DNA from: an uncultured Candidatus Saccharibacteria bacterium
GTDB taxonomy: Bacteria > Patescibacteriota > Minisyncoccia > Phycocordibacterales > UBA9973
DNA length: 64,000 nucleotides
Assembly: GCA_964646765.1 (NCBI GenBank)
Contig: CAZYIA010000001.1
Location: 1,334-65,333 of the forward strand
Direction: 5' to 3'
Below the pieces are notes generated by a model. That model had not been told where the DNA came from and did not search any database. It saw only the letters and a program-made list of their open reading frames with translations. Positions 18,366 to 28,400 of this stretch are shown here, in pieces. How positions within the stretch are numbered: the stretch's first letter is position 1; every line of letters starts with the position of its first letter. The position numbers were made by a program, and so were the translations under genes.

Positions 18366-18393
18366 TTGACTGTTTTCACTAGTTCTTTATAAT
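18366..18393 (+). promoter_or_regulatory. Sigma70-type promoter for khpA
   Basis: TTGACT-16 bp-TATAAT. Confidence 0.7.
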
Positions 18394-18446
18394 CAAGAAA
18401 ACTTCTTGTCAGGAGTTTTATTAATCAGTAGTTCAGTATATTCGTT

Positions 18447-18758
18447 ATGATGGACGATAAAGCATTTCTTGAGTACGTAGTTAAGGCTCTTGTTGATAAT
18501 CCGAACGACGTTAAAATTGATCGCACCGTTGATGAAATGGGTGTGCTCGTAACTCTCTCAGTTAATCCAGCAGATATGGGTAAAGTGATTGGCCGCCAGG
18601 GTAATACCGCTAAGGCAATCCGCACTCTTCTCCGTGTGATTGGCATGAAGAACAACGCTCGTGTAAACCTCAAAATTAATGAACCAGAAGGCGGCACAAA
18701 AAGTGCAAATCCTTCTGAAGCCATGGATGAGGCTCTCGCTGACCTTAAAAACATGTAA
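18447..18758 (+). CDS. khpA: KH-domain RNA-binding protein KhpA
   Basis: DMGKVIGRQGNTAKAIRTLL; upstream of trmD. Confidence 0.92.
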   Translation: MMDDKAFLEYVVKALVDNPNDVKIDRTVDEMGVLVTLSVNPADMGKVIGRQGNTAKAIRTLLRVIGMKNNARVNLKINEPEGGTKSANPSEAMDEALADLKNM

Positions 18759-18761
18759 AAC

Positions 18762-18792
18762 AAAGGCCGCCCGAAAGGGCGGTTTTTGTTTT
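18762..18792 (+). terminator. Intrinsic terminator
   Basis: GGCCGCCC-GAAA-GGGCGGTT followed by a T tract. Confidence 0.9.
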
Positions 18793-18803
18793 CCCCAAGC
18801 CTG

Positions 18804-18831
18804 TTGACGGCTGTTTTTAGGTCGGTAGTAT
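18804..18831 (+). promoter_or_regulatory. Sigma70-type promoter
   Basis: TTGACG-16 bp-TAGTAT, 6 nt before the leader ATG. Confidence 0.7.
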
Positions 18832-18837
18832 GGATAT

Positions 18838-18903
18838 ATGGAATGCCAGAACGCGAAAAACTTTAGCCTCCTTCTAAACCTCCTTACGCCACTCGAGGGT
18901 TGA
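18838..18903 (+). CDS. Leu-rich leader peptide MECQNAKNFSLLLNLLTPLEG
   Basis: CTC CTT CTA AAC CTC CTT ... CTC; stop codon lies inside the antiterminator strand. Confidence 0.75.
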   Translation: MECQNAKNFSLLLNLLTPLEG

Positions 18904-18967
18904 TTCCTGCGTTCGAAACGATCGAAATCAGAAATCAGCTCTCGAAAGAGGGCTGATTTTGTTTTTT
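18893..18967 (+). promoter_or_regulatory. Attenuator (antiterminator/terminator)
   Basis: 18893-18905 pairs with 18933-18945; alternative terminator 18932-18959 followed by a T tract. Confidence 0.8.
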
Positions 18968-19004
18968 GATAAAAAAATATTGTTGAACTCTTAAATTTAC
19001 CGCT

Positions 19005-19517
19005 ATGCAGCATTTATCATTTTTACCTATCGTAATCCTGAAAGGGATATATGCGAAAAAGCAATTTTCTTGTAGCACATCGTGCTACCAACTCTCACTG
19101 TCAGACAGCGAGCTAACCATTAGCGATACTAACACCGTACCGCACAGCCGATTCACTACTACTACTACTACTACTGCCGGTTCCCGCTACACTACTCGCC
19201 ATGTTCTCACCTCGCTACTCGCAGCAGAAGAAGATGAGGCTAAGTATCCTTCGCTAATTCAGAGTGAACTGGAAAAACTAAATGTGCAGCCAGGCTCACT
19301 ATACAGTTTGCTGGATGCTGTGCAGAAAAACACCCTGGACTTTTTGTGGCCAGATGCGAAATTACTACGCATTCTGGAACCTTTCATGGTAGATGAGAAA
19401 CTCCATTTCTTTATTGCTCAACAAGAGCATGCACGACCAGGTTTTACTCTGGTCTATGTTCCTGCAAGAGAATTTATGCAAATGGAGGCCTGTCCTTTTT
19501 TGTCACATCATCGGTAA
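19005..19517 (+). CDS. Orphan hypothetical protein with a poly-Thr tract
   Basis: 170-aa ORF between the attenuator and a terminator; no recognised motif. Confidence 0.6.
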   Translation: MQHLSFLPIVILKGIYAKKQFSCSTSCYQLSLSDSELTISDTNTVPHSRFTTTTTTTAGSRYTTRHVLTSLLAAEEDEAKYPSLIQSELEKLNVQPGSLYSLLDAVQKNTLDFLWPDAKLLRILEPFMVDEKLHFFIAQQEHARPGFTLVYVPAREFMQMEACPFLSHHR

Positions 19518-19537
19518 GATTTACAGTATTCGAAATT

Positions 19538-19573
19538 GGGAGGGGGTTGTCATTGGCAATCCCTTTTCTATTT
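19538..19573 (+). terminator. Probable intrinsic terminator
   Basis: GGGAGGGGGTTGTC / GGCAATCCCTTTTC stem followed by TATTT. Confidence 0.6.
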
Positions 19574-19607
19574 GCACGGTTCTTTGAGAGAAGGTAGAGT
19601 ACACCGT

Positions 19608-20294
19608 ATGCGATTTCATGTCGTAACCCTGTTCCGAAACCTGGTTGAGCCGTATTTTTCTGACTCAATTTTAGGCCGGGCAATTAAAGAAAAAAAGATC
19701 TCCGTGAAGTTTTATAACCCGCGGGATTTTGTTCGTGGTAAGTACCGAAAAGTATGGCCAGACGGCAATATTTCCGCCCAGGTGGATGAGCGGCCGTACG
19801 GTGGCGGCCCAGGCATGATTATGATGGCTGACCCAGTGCTTCGAGCGGTAGCCAAGGCGCAGGGAAGCATCAAAAACAAAAAAGCTAAGACAAAAATTAT
19901 TTTCTTTTCGCCAGCGGGTAAAAAGTTTGATACAGCGTATGCAAAAATAGCGGCAAAAAAGTATACCGATATTATTTTAATCAGCGGTCGCTACGAAGGC
20001 ATTGACGCCCGTGTTTTAAAGATTTTGAAAGCTGAAGAAATTTCGGTTGGCGATTATGTGCTCACTGGAGGAGAACTTCCAGCGGCAATTTTAATTGACT
20101 GTATTTCCCGCCAAGTAGAAGGAGTGCTCGGCAACTTTGATTCTCGCGAGGAAGAGCGCGTATCTTCTTCAGAGGTTTATACTCGACCAGAAGTGCTCGA
20201 ATGGAAAGGGAAGAAGTACCGGGTTCCGAAAGTCCTTTTGACCGGAAACCACAAAAAAATAGAAGAGTGGAAGAGCAAAGGTAAAAAGATATAA
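19608..20294 (+). CDS. trmD: tRNA (guanine37-N1)-methyltransferase
   Basis: RPYGGGPGM, GRYEGID.R, SVGDYVLTGGE, YTRP; start set at MRFHVVTLF. Confidence 0.95.
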   Translation: MRFHVVTLFRNLVEPYFSDSILGRAIKEKKISVKFYNPRDFVRGKYRKVWPDGNISAQVDERPYGGGPGMIMMADPVLRAVAKAQGSIKNKKAKTKIIFFSPAGKKFDTAYAKIAAKKYTDIILISGRYEGIDARVLKILKAEEISVGDYVLTGGELPAAILIDCISRQVEGVLGNFDSREEERVSSSEVYTRPEVLEWKGKKYRVPKVLLTGNHKKIEEWKSKGKKI

Positions 20295-20303
20295 TTTGTT
20301 TTT

Positions 20304-21614
20304 ATGGAAAGTCCTAGTTTTTTAGAGAGGAAAGAAGAAAAATCAACTGCAAAAGAACTCCTCAAAGGTTTTAAGGAGGGGATGAAAGATCTTACTAGCT
20401 GGAAACCTACTAGTCTGGATACTACTATTTTTCAGACCTACTTGAGGAGGTTCCTTATTGTCTCACTTGCTCTTTGGGCAGCTTCTATACCAGTTCAAAT
20501 TGGTAAACAGGGAGTAGACAGAATTAAGTACGAGCAAAGTAAAAAAAAGTTTCAAGACAAATACAAAGATTTGTCTGTTGAGTCGATATCACGGTTACAC
20601 CAAAGAGCAGTAGAAGCCTACGGGGAGCACTATGTAAATAGTATTCCAGGCGTGAGCTTAGTGAGTGGTGATGCCCAAGAAAAAGTTATTAAAAGGATGG
20701 AAGCTGATAAACCAGAAGTTTTTACTCTGGCAGGAAGTTTCAATATGGGCGACTGGGATAAAGAATTTACTCATTATGAAAAAGAATACGGGGATCTACT
20801 TGATGACGTAACGTTTAATAAAGAAGAATCATCGGAGTATATTATTCTAAAGCAGGATACTGTTTTAGATGTAAACCACAACGAATCTTATACTCATTGG
20901 GCTGAAAGAATGAAAGCATCCAAAGATACTGTTCCCGCAGAAGAATTTCTCTCTAAAATGGAAGTCTTTTTCCCGAAAGGTTGGATAAAAGGTGAAGTAC
21001 AATCTTTCACTTTTAAAGAGCAATATCCAAAACTTACTGCATATGGCGCAAAATCACAGACAGCTGGGGAAGTAGGAAATAATAAAGAACTATTCTTATA
21101 TGGAGTTCAGACAGAGGAATCACAAGGGGAGACTTTAGCTCATGAATTAGGTCATGAGAACGACTGGGAGCGGTCAACCAAACTAAGCCCAGAACAGAGA
21201 TTAGAACTTTTAATGAAAGTGCATGATCGTGTGACTTCAGAGAATAGGTTTCGCTCAGATTATGTAGAGTCCATTTTAAGTGGGGAATTGTATCCAGAGA
21301 TGAAAGATCCGAAAGTCATTCTTCAAACTGCCACTGTTGAGTATTGGGCTGAGATAACAGGTGAATACTTCTCAAACGGAGTTGGCAACTTAGCTTCTGA
21401 AGACGTTGAAGTTATTGAATGGATGATACAAAAAGTGGATCCAGAATTTTTAGCCACACACTCGGCAGGAGGTATTTTTGCTGCTTCGTATAGGGACCAC
21501 AACATACGACAAACAAAGCTCTTTGATGAAGCTTTTGAAGAAGAGAATTCTGACAGCCTAAATCAAAAAGATTATTTAAAAATTGCGTATTATCGGCGAT
21601 ATCTTAATTTATAG
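20304..21614 (+). CDS. Membrane-anchored putative zincin metallopeptidase-like protein
   Basis: One TM helix near residue 50-65; TLAHELGH and downstream EYWAE. Confidence 0.6.
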   Translation: MESPSFLERKEEKSTAKELLKGFKEGMKDLTSWKPTSLDTTIFQTYLRRFLIVSLALWAASIPVQIGKQGVDRIKYEQSKKKFQDKYKDLSVESISRLHQRAVEAYGEHYVNSIPGVSLVSGDAQEKVIKRMEADKPEVFTLAGSFNMGDWDKEFTHYEKEYGDLLDDVTFNKEESSEYIILKQDTVLDVNHNESYTHWAERMKASKDTVPAEEFLSKMEVFFPKGWIKGEVQSFTFKEQYPKLTAYGAKSQTAGEVGNNKELFLYGVQTEESQGETLAHELGHENDWERSTKLSPEQRLELLMKVHDRVTSENRFRSDYVESILSGELYPEMKDPKVILQTATVEYWAEITGEYFSNGVGNLASEDVEVIEWMIQKVDPEFLATHSAGGIFAASYRDHNIRQTKLFDEAFEEENSDSLNQKDYLKIAYYRRYLNL

Positions 21615-21628
21615 AGGGTACATTTTCT

Positions 21629-22018
21629 ATGATTAAACTTAATTGTTACTCAAAAGAGGAATTTCTAGGCGTTCTCGCGGTTAAGAATGGTTTTTTTACG
21701 ATAGAAAGTAAAAATAAGAGTTTTACTACTGCTCTACAGGAACTTTCAGAACAAGGGATTCCTGTTGCTAATATTGATAGCACAGTGAGTATTATATTTC
21801 CAAAAGATTCACGGTATATCTTTTTCTTAGAAAAGTTTCTTATAAAGTGTGGTTTTCGTATTATTCGTGTTGATACCGAACTCATCACAAAATTAAAACA
21901 GAAAGTAATGACCAATGATACGTCGGTTTCAGAAAGTTCATTTAACGAAATCTATGGGCAGCTTTCTGTCTATGAGGCGAGCCTATTACTGCGAACCCTA
22001 GATTCGCTACCTAACTAG
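21629..22018 (+). CDS. Hypothetical protein
   Basis: 129-aa ORF filling the gap before the rpoB promoter. Confidence 0.65.
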   Translation: MIKLNCYSKEEFLGVLAVKNGFFTIESKNKSFTTALQELSEQGIPVANIDSTVSIIFPKDSRYIFFLEKFLIKCGFRIIRVDTELITKLKQKVMTNDTSVSESSFNEIYGQLSVYEASLLLRTLDSLPN

Positions 22019-22050
22019 CACTGCTTTCCCAGGATTTTAGGGAGATAAAC

Positions 22051-22078
22051 TTGACTTTCTTTCAAAAATAAGTAGTAT
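22051..22078 (+). promoter_or_regulatory. Promoter of the rpoB operon
   Basis: TTGACT-16 bp-TAGTAT, followed by a ~160-nt leader. Confidence 0.7.
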
Positions 22079-22241
22079 AGCCCTTACCTAAGCCCTGATT
22101 GAGTTACGTCTTGCTTTGGTGTTATGAGCACTAAAAAAGTCGTCCTCTTGCTACTCAAAACAACCTGCCGCGCATAGCCCGGAGAAAAACTACCTAGGAA
22201 TTCGCGGTAGTTTGTTTTGCGTTTAGAGAGACAAAAAGAAT

Positions 22242-25200
22242 ATGTCGAAACTTGCAGCGACACGACCAAAAAAGTACTTTTCAAAGTACAAGGAACCTCT
22301 TGTTGAGTTTCCAAATCTCCTTGAGACCCAACTCATCTCGTTTGAGTGGTTGGTGGAGAAAGGCCTCGGTGAGGTCTTCAAAGAATTCTCACCAATTAAC
22401 GATTACTCGGGCAAAAAATTTCAGCTCGATTTCGTTTCGTTTACCTTGGGTGAACCAAAGTATGACGAGCACTACGCAAAAGCTAATAAGCTTACCTACG
22501 AAGGTCAGCTCAAAGCTCGCGTAAAGCTTTTTAATAAAACGATCAACGAAACCAAAGAGCAGGAAATCTTCATGGCGGATGTTCCGCTCATGACGGCACA
22601 CGGTACCTTCATCATCAACGGTGTTGAGCGTGTTATCGTTCCACAGCTTGCTCGTTCGTTCGGTATTTTCTTTACTGAAGACGAAGTAAAAGGCAAAAAG
22701 CACTTTGGTGCAAAAATTATTCCAGCTCGCGGTGTTTGGATCGAAATTGAAACTGATACCGACGGCACTCTTGTTGTTCGTATCGACAAGAAGCGCAAAT
22801 TCCCAGCCACGTCACTTCTCCGCGTGCTTGGCCTCGCTACTGATGCTGATATCTTAGCTGCCTTTAAAGACAGTGGATACGAAGCCCAGATCAAAGCTGG
22901 TCTCGAAAAAGATCCAGCAAAGACTCAGGGTGAAGCATACGTTGAAATTTATAAGCGTCTCCGTGATGGCGATCTTGCTACCGCTGATAACGCTAAGGAA
23001 TTTATCAACTCTCTTTTTGGAAGTGAGCGTTACGACCTTTCTCCAGTTGGTCGTTTCCGCTTCAACAAGCGCTTCGAAAAGAGTATGGACGAGAAAGAAC
23101 TTGCTCGTCGCACTATTTCCGCAGAAGATGTTGTGGTTGTTTTGAACAATGTTCTTACACTCAACGCTACCCCAGGGGCAAAGGCTGATGATATCGATCA
23201 CCTTGGTCAGCGCCGTGTTCGTTACGTTGGTGAAATGCTCCAGCAGAAAGTTCGTGTTGGTATGACACAGATTAAGCGTAATGTGCAAGACCGTATGTCG
23301 ACTATCGACACCGGAACAACGCTTCCAATCGCTATTGTTAACCAGCGTCCACTCCAGGCTCGTATTAAAGAATTCTTCACCACGAACCAGCTCTCACAGT
23401 TCATGAACCAGGAAAATATCTTGGCTGAGCTTGAACATCTCCGCACTCTTTCTGCGCTTGGTCCCGGAGGTCTCACTCGTGAGCGTGCAGGTCTTGAAGT
23501 TCGCGACGTGCACACTTCTCACTACGGTCGTGTATGTCCAATTCACACTCCTGAAGGTCCGAACATCGGTCTTATTCTTCACACTTCAACGTACGCTCGT
23601 GTAAACGACTTCGGTATCATCGAAACTCCATACATCAAAGTGAAAGACGGTAAAGTTACCGGCGAAGTGGTATACCTCAACGCTCTTGAAGAAGAGAAGT
23701 ATGTCATCGCTCACGCAGGTACAAAAGTAGACGATAAAGGTAAAATTGTTGAAGAAAAAGCTGAAGCTCGTATTCAAACTGAACCGGGTCTCGTTGATCG
23801 CGATAAGGTAGACTTTATCGACGTTGCAACCAACCAGGCATTCTCAATCGCTACTTCAACTATTCCATTCCTTGAGCACGACGACGCAAACCGCGCACTC
23901 ATGGGAAGTAACATGCAGAAGCAAGCAACTCCATGTATCGTTCCAGATGTACCACTTGTGGCAACCGGTATGGAAGAGCATATTGCTCGCGAAAGTGGCC
24001 GCGTAGCAGTTTCTCGAAGCGAAGGAGAAGTTGTTGCCGTAGATGCTCGTGAAATTACGGTAGAAGACAAAGCAGGTAAGAAGCACGTCTACAAACTCAT
24101 TAACTTCGAACGAACAAACAACTTCACCGTATTCCATCAGCGTCCAATCGTTTCAGTAGGTGATAAAGTGAAGAAAGGCCAGGTACTTGCTGACACCTCT
24201 TCATCATCACAAGGTCAGGTTGCTCTCGGACAAAACGTTCGCGTAGCCTTCATGGCATGGAACGGTGCAAACTTCGAAGACGCGATTATTCTTTCAGAAC
24301 GTCTCGTAAAGAACTCAAAATTTACTTCTATCTACGTTGAAGAATTCGTTTGTCTCGTTCGCGATACTAAGCTTGGACCTGAAGTAACCACTCGCGATAT
24401 TCCAAACGTTGGTGAACAGAAACTCAAAGATCTCGACGAAGAAGGAATTATCCGCATCGGTGCTGAAGTTCGCGAAAACGATATTCTCGTTGGTAAAATT
24501 ACTCCAAAGGGTGAAACCGAACTTACTCCTGAAGAACGTCTCCTCCGATCAATCTTTGCTGAAAAGGCTCGCGACGTGAAGGATACTTCACTTCGTATGG
24601 AACACGGTAAGCGTGGCCGCATTATCGGTGTGAAAATTTTCTCACGCGAAGCAGGTCATCAGCTTGAATCTGGCATCATCAAAAAAGTAGTTATTGAACT
24701 CGCTCAAGTACGTAACATTTCAGTAGGTGACAAGCTTGCTGGACGACACGGTAACAAGGGTGTTATCTCAACCATTCTTCCTGAAGAAGATATGCCATAT
24801 ACCGCAGACGGTCAGCCAGTAGACATGATTTTGACTCCGCTCGGTGTGCCATCACGTATGAACCTCGGACAAATTCTTGAAATGCACCTTGGTTTGGCTG
24901 CTGACACGCTTGGTTACCAGGCAATCATCCCACCATTCTGTGGCGCAACCGAAGGTGAAATCCGCGGTGAACTCAAAGCTGCTGGATGGCCTGAACACGG
25001 ACGCATCAAACTCTACGATGGTCGCACTGGTGACGCATTCGAACAAGATATCGCCGTTGGTGTGATGCACGTTTTGAAACTGCACCACATGGTGGAAGAC
25101 AAGATTCATATGCGTTCAATTGGACCGTACTCACTCATTACGCAGCAGCCACTCGGTGGTAAAGCACAAGGTGGTGGTCAGCGTTTCGGTGAAATGGAAG

Positions 25201-25448
25201 TGTGGGCGCTCGAAGGTTACGGTGCAGCGTATGCTCTCCGTGAAATGCTTACGATCAAGTCTGACGACATCATGGGCCGCTCACAAACGTTCGACTCAAT
25301 CATCAAGGGTGAAGATATTAAAACGCCAAACGCTCCAGCATCATTTTCTGTTATGTTGAACTACCTCCGTGGTTTGGCTCTCGACGTTGATCTCAAAAAG
25401 AAGGTCGGAAAGAATACTAGCGACGACTCCGCCGAAGGAGACGAATAA
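22242..25448 (+). CDS. rpoB: RNA polymerase beta subunit
   Basis: FIINGVERV, HYGRVCPIHTPEGPNIGL, GDKLAGRHGNKG, GGQRFGEMEVWALE. Confidence 0.99.
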   Translation: MSKLAATRPKKYFSKYKEPLVEFPNLLETQLISFEWLVEKGLGEVFKEFSPINDYSGKKFQLDFVSFTLGEPKYDEHYAKANKLTYEGQLKARVKLFNKTINETKEQEIFMADVPLMTAHGTFIINGVERVIVPQLARSFGIFFTEDEVKGKKHFGAKIIPARGVWIEIETDTDGTLVVRIDKKRKFPATSLLRVLGLATDADILAAFKDSGYEAQIKAGLEKDPAKTQGEAYVEIYKRLRDGDLATADNAKEFINSLFGSERYDLSPVGRFRFNKRFEKSMDEKELARRTISAEDVVVVLNNVLTLNATPGAKADDIDHLGQRRVRYVGEMLQQKVRVGMTQIKRNVQDRMSTIDTGTTLPIAIVNQRPLQARIKEFFTTNQLSQFMNQENILAELEHLRTLSALGPGGLTRERAGLEVRDVHTSHYGRVCPIHTPEGPNIGLILHTSTYARVNDFGIIETPYIKVKDGKVTGEVVYLNALEEEKYVIAHAGTKVDDKGKIVEEKAEARIQTEPGLVDRDKVDFIDVATNQAFSIATSTIPFLEHDDANRALMGSNMQKQATPCIVPDVPLVATGMEEHIARESGRVAVSRSEGEVVAVDAREITVEDKAGKKHVYKLINFERTNNFTVFHQRPIVSVGDKVKKGQVLADTSSSSQGQVALGQNVRVAFMAWNGANFEDAIILSERLVKNSKFTSIYVEEFVCLVRDTKLGPEVTTRDIPNVGEQKLKDLDEEGIIRIGAEVRENDILVGKITPKGETELTPEERLLRSIFAEKARDVKDTSLRMEHGKRGRIIGVKIFSREAGHQLESGIIKKVVIELAQVRNISVGDKLAGRHGNKGVISTILPEEDMPYTADGQPVDMILTPLGVPSRMNLGQILEMHLGLAADTLGYQAIIPPFCGATEGEIRGELKAAGWPEHGRIKLYDGRTGDAFEQDIAVGVMHVLKLHHMVEDKIHMRSIGPYSLITQQPLGGKAQGGGQRFGEMEVWALEGYGAAYALREMLTIKSDDIMGRSQTFDSIIKGEDIKTPNAPASFSVMLNYLRGLALDVDLKKKVGKNTSDDSAEGDE

Positions 25449-25466
25449 TATCTAACGAGTTAATCT

Positions 25467-28400
25467 ATGGGAAAAGTTATAGATACAACTGACTTTGACT
25501 TCATTACACTCTCACTCGCGAGTCCTGAACGCATTCGCGAATGGAGCTACGGCGAAGTAACGAAGCCTGAAACAATCAACTACCGTACCGGCCGATCTGA
25601 ACGCGGTGGTCTCTTCGACGAGCGCATTTTCGGTCCAGAAAAGGACTACGAATGTTACTGTGGTAAATACCGACGTATTCGTTACAAGGATATTGTGTGT
25701 GAAAAATGTGGCGTGGAAGTAACTCGCTCTATCGTTCGCCGTGAACGCATGGGCCATATTGAACTTGCTTCACCAGTTGCACACATTTGGTTCCTCCGTG
25801 GTGTACCTAGCCGCATGAGTATTCTCATGAACATCACTGTTTCAGATCTTGAAAAGGTGATCTACTTTGCTGGTTACATCATCACCAAAGTACATGAGGA
25901 CGAAAAAGCTACGGTTATTAAAGACCTCGAAAGTGAATTTAAGGCAAAGGTAAAGAGTGCACAGGACGACGAGACTAAGGAAAAATTGAAGACGCTTCTC
26001 CAGAGTACTAAACGCGAAATCAACGAAATCTATGAAGGTCGTGTATTGAACGAAATCCAGTATCACCACTTCTCACTTAAGTACGGTACTTGTTTTGAGG
26101 CTTCAATCGGTGCTGAAGCAATCTTTAATCTCTTCAAGAATCTTGATCTCAAGCGTCTTAAAGATATTACCGAAGCTTCAATCGAAAAGGCTGGTAACCT
26201 TGAGCGTGAAAAACTTGAAAAGCGTCTCTCAGTTATTCGCTCAATGATGCACGCTTCTATTCGTCCTGAATGGATGTTCCTCACTGTCATTCCAGTTATC
26301 CCACCAGCACTCCGTCCGATGGTGGCTCTTGATGGTGGTCGCCATGCAACTTCAGATTTGAACGACCTCTACCGTCGCGTGATCAACCGAAACAACCGTT
26401 TGAAGAAGCTCAAGGAAATTGGCGCGCCAGACGTTATTCTCCGTAACGAAAAGCGTATTCTCCAAGAAGCAGTTGATGCTCTCATCGACAACTCAATTGC
26501 AAGTCAGAATGATTCTCAGGCAATGAGTCAGTCACAGCGTCGCGCACTCAAATCTCTTTCAGATAACTTGAAAAGTAAGCAGGGTCTCTTCCGTCAAAAC
26601 CTCCTCGGTAAGCGTGTAGACTACTCAGGCCGTTCAGTTATCGTGGTTGGTCCTACGCTTAAACTCTCACAGTGTGGTCTTCCAAAACACATGGCGCTCG
26701 AACTTTTCCGTCCGTTCGTCATTTCAAAACTCATTGAACGTGAATTCGCTTTCAACATTCGCGGTGCAAACCGTTTGATTGAAGAAGGTGTTCCAGAAGT
26801 GTGGGCAATTCTTGAAGAAGTGACAAAAGGGAAGTACGTGCTCTTAAACCGTGCACCAACCCTTCACCGTCTCGGTATTCAGGCATTCACACCAGTCTTG
26901 ATTGAAGGAAATGCTATTCAGGTGCACCCACTCGTTTGTTCTGCGTTCAACGCTGACTTCGACGGTGACCAAATGGCTGTCTACGTTCCGCTTTCTGATG
27001 AAGCACAGGCTGAAGCTCGTGAGCTCATGGCTTCAAACAAAAACCTTCTTAAGCCACAATCTGGTGAACCAATCGTAAACCCATCACAGGATATTATTCT
27101 TGGTTGTTTCTGGATGACTAAAGAAGTGAAGGGTGACAAGGGTGAAGGCATGCTCTTCTCTTCACCGAATGAAGCGATTACTGCCTACGACTTCGGTATG
27201 GTTTCATTCCGCGCTAAGATTAAAGTTCTTCCAACTGAGAAGCCAAAGTACGCTCCGTTTAATGGTTTGCCATTTGAAACAACGATCGGACGACTTCTCT
27301 TTAACTCGGTGCTTCCAGAAGACTTCCCATACTTGAACGAAGAAATCACCAAGAAGCGTATGTCGAACTTGGTAGATGATTTGATTCTCCGCCACGGTAT
27401 TGATGGTACTCCTGATATTCTCGACAAGATCAAGAACTTCGGTTATCGCTACGCAACTCGTTCAGGAACAACCTTCGGTATGGACTCTGTTCGTATTCCG
27501 GAAGGCAAGCCTGCACTCATTGCCGCTGCTCGAAAAGAAGAAGAAGAAATCATCAGTCAGTATAACGACGGTCTTCTTTCGAAAGAAGAAAAGTACGAAA
27601 AGGTTATTGAAATCTGGGAGCGCGCAAAGAAGGACGTTGAAAAACTCATTCCAGAAACACTTGCGAAAGCTGGTTCAGTGAACGATATGGTTACCTCTGG
27701 TGCCCGTGGTTCAGTTGGTCAGGTTACACAGATGGCCGGTATGAAGGGTCTCATCATTAACACTCAGGGCCGCACAATTGAATTCCCAGTTATCCCGTCA
27801 TATAAGGAAGGTCTTTCTCCGATTGAATACTTCATTATTACCCACGGTTCACGTAAAGGTCTTGCCGACACAGCGCTTAACACCGCAAAGGCAGGTTACC
27901 TCACTCGTCGTCTTGTTGACGTTGCTCAAGACGTTGTTGTTACCGAAGAAGATTGTGGAACTAAGGAAGGAAAGTGGGCAACTGCTGATAACGTGCTCGG
28001 TATTGAAATTTCTCTCACCAAAAACCTCCGTGGTCGTGTGCTTGCTGCTGACTTGAAAGACGCAAAGGGCGAAACTATGTTCAAGCGTGGCACACTTCTC
28101 TCAAAGGACGATGCTTCAAAAGTTGAAAAAGCTGGTATCGAAAAGGCATACATTCGCACACCACTTACCTGTAAGTTACATCACGGTATCTGCCGACAGT
28201 GTTATGGTCTTGACCTCGGTCGCAACAAGCTCGTTGAGCTTGGTGAAGCAGTTGGTATCGTTGCCGCTCAAGCTATCGGTGAACCAGGAACCCAGCTTAC
28301 ACTCCGAACCTTCCACGCCGGTGGTGTGGCACAGGTGGACATTACTCAAGGTTTGCCACGTGTTGAAGAAATCTTCGAACGTCGTACGCCAAAGAGTCCA

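Noticed and set aside
18830-18877. Alternative uORF MDIWNARTRKTLASF
   Set aside because: Its ATG overlaps the predicted -10 box, so it would not be in the transcript
19155-19175. (ACT)7 as an on/off phase-variation switch
   Set aside because: Trinucleotide slippage preserves the reading frame
19536-19607. N-terminal extension of TrmD
   Set aside because: Runs through a terminator hairpin; homology starts at MRFHVVTLF
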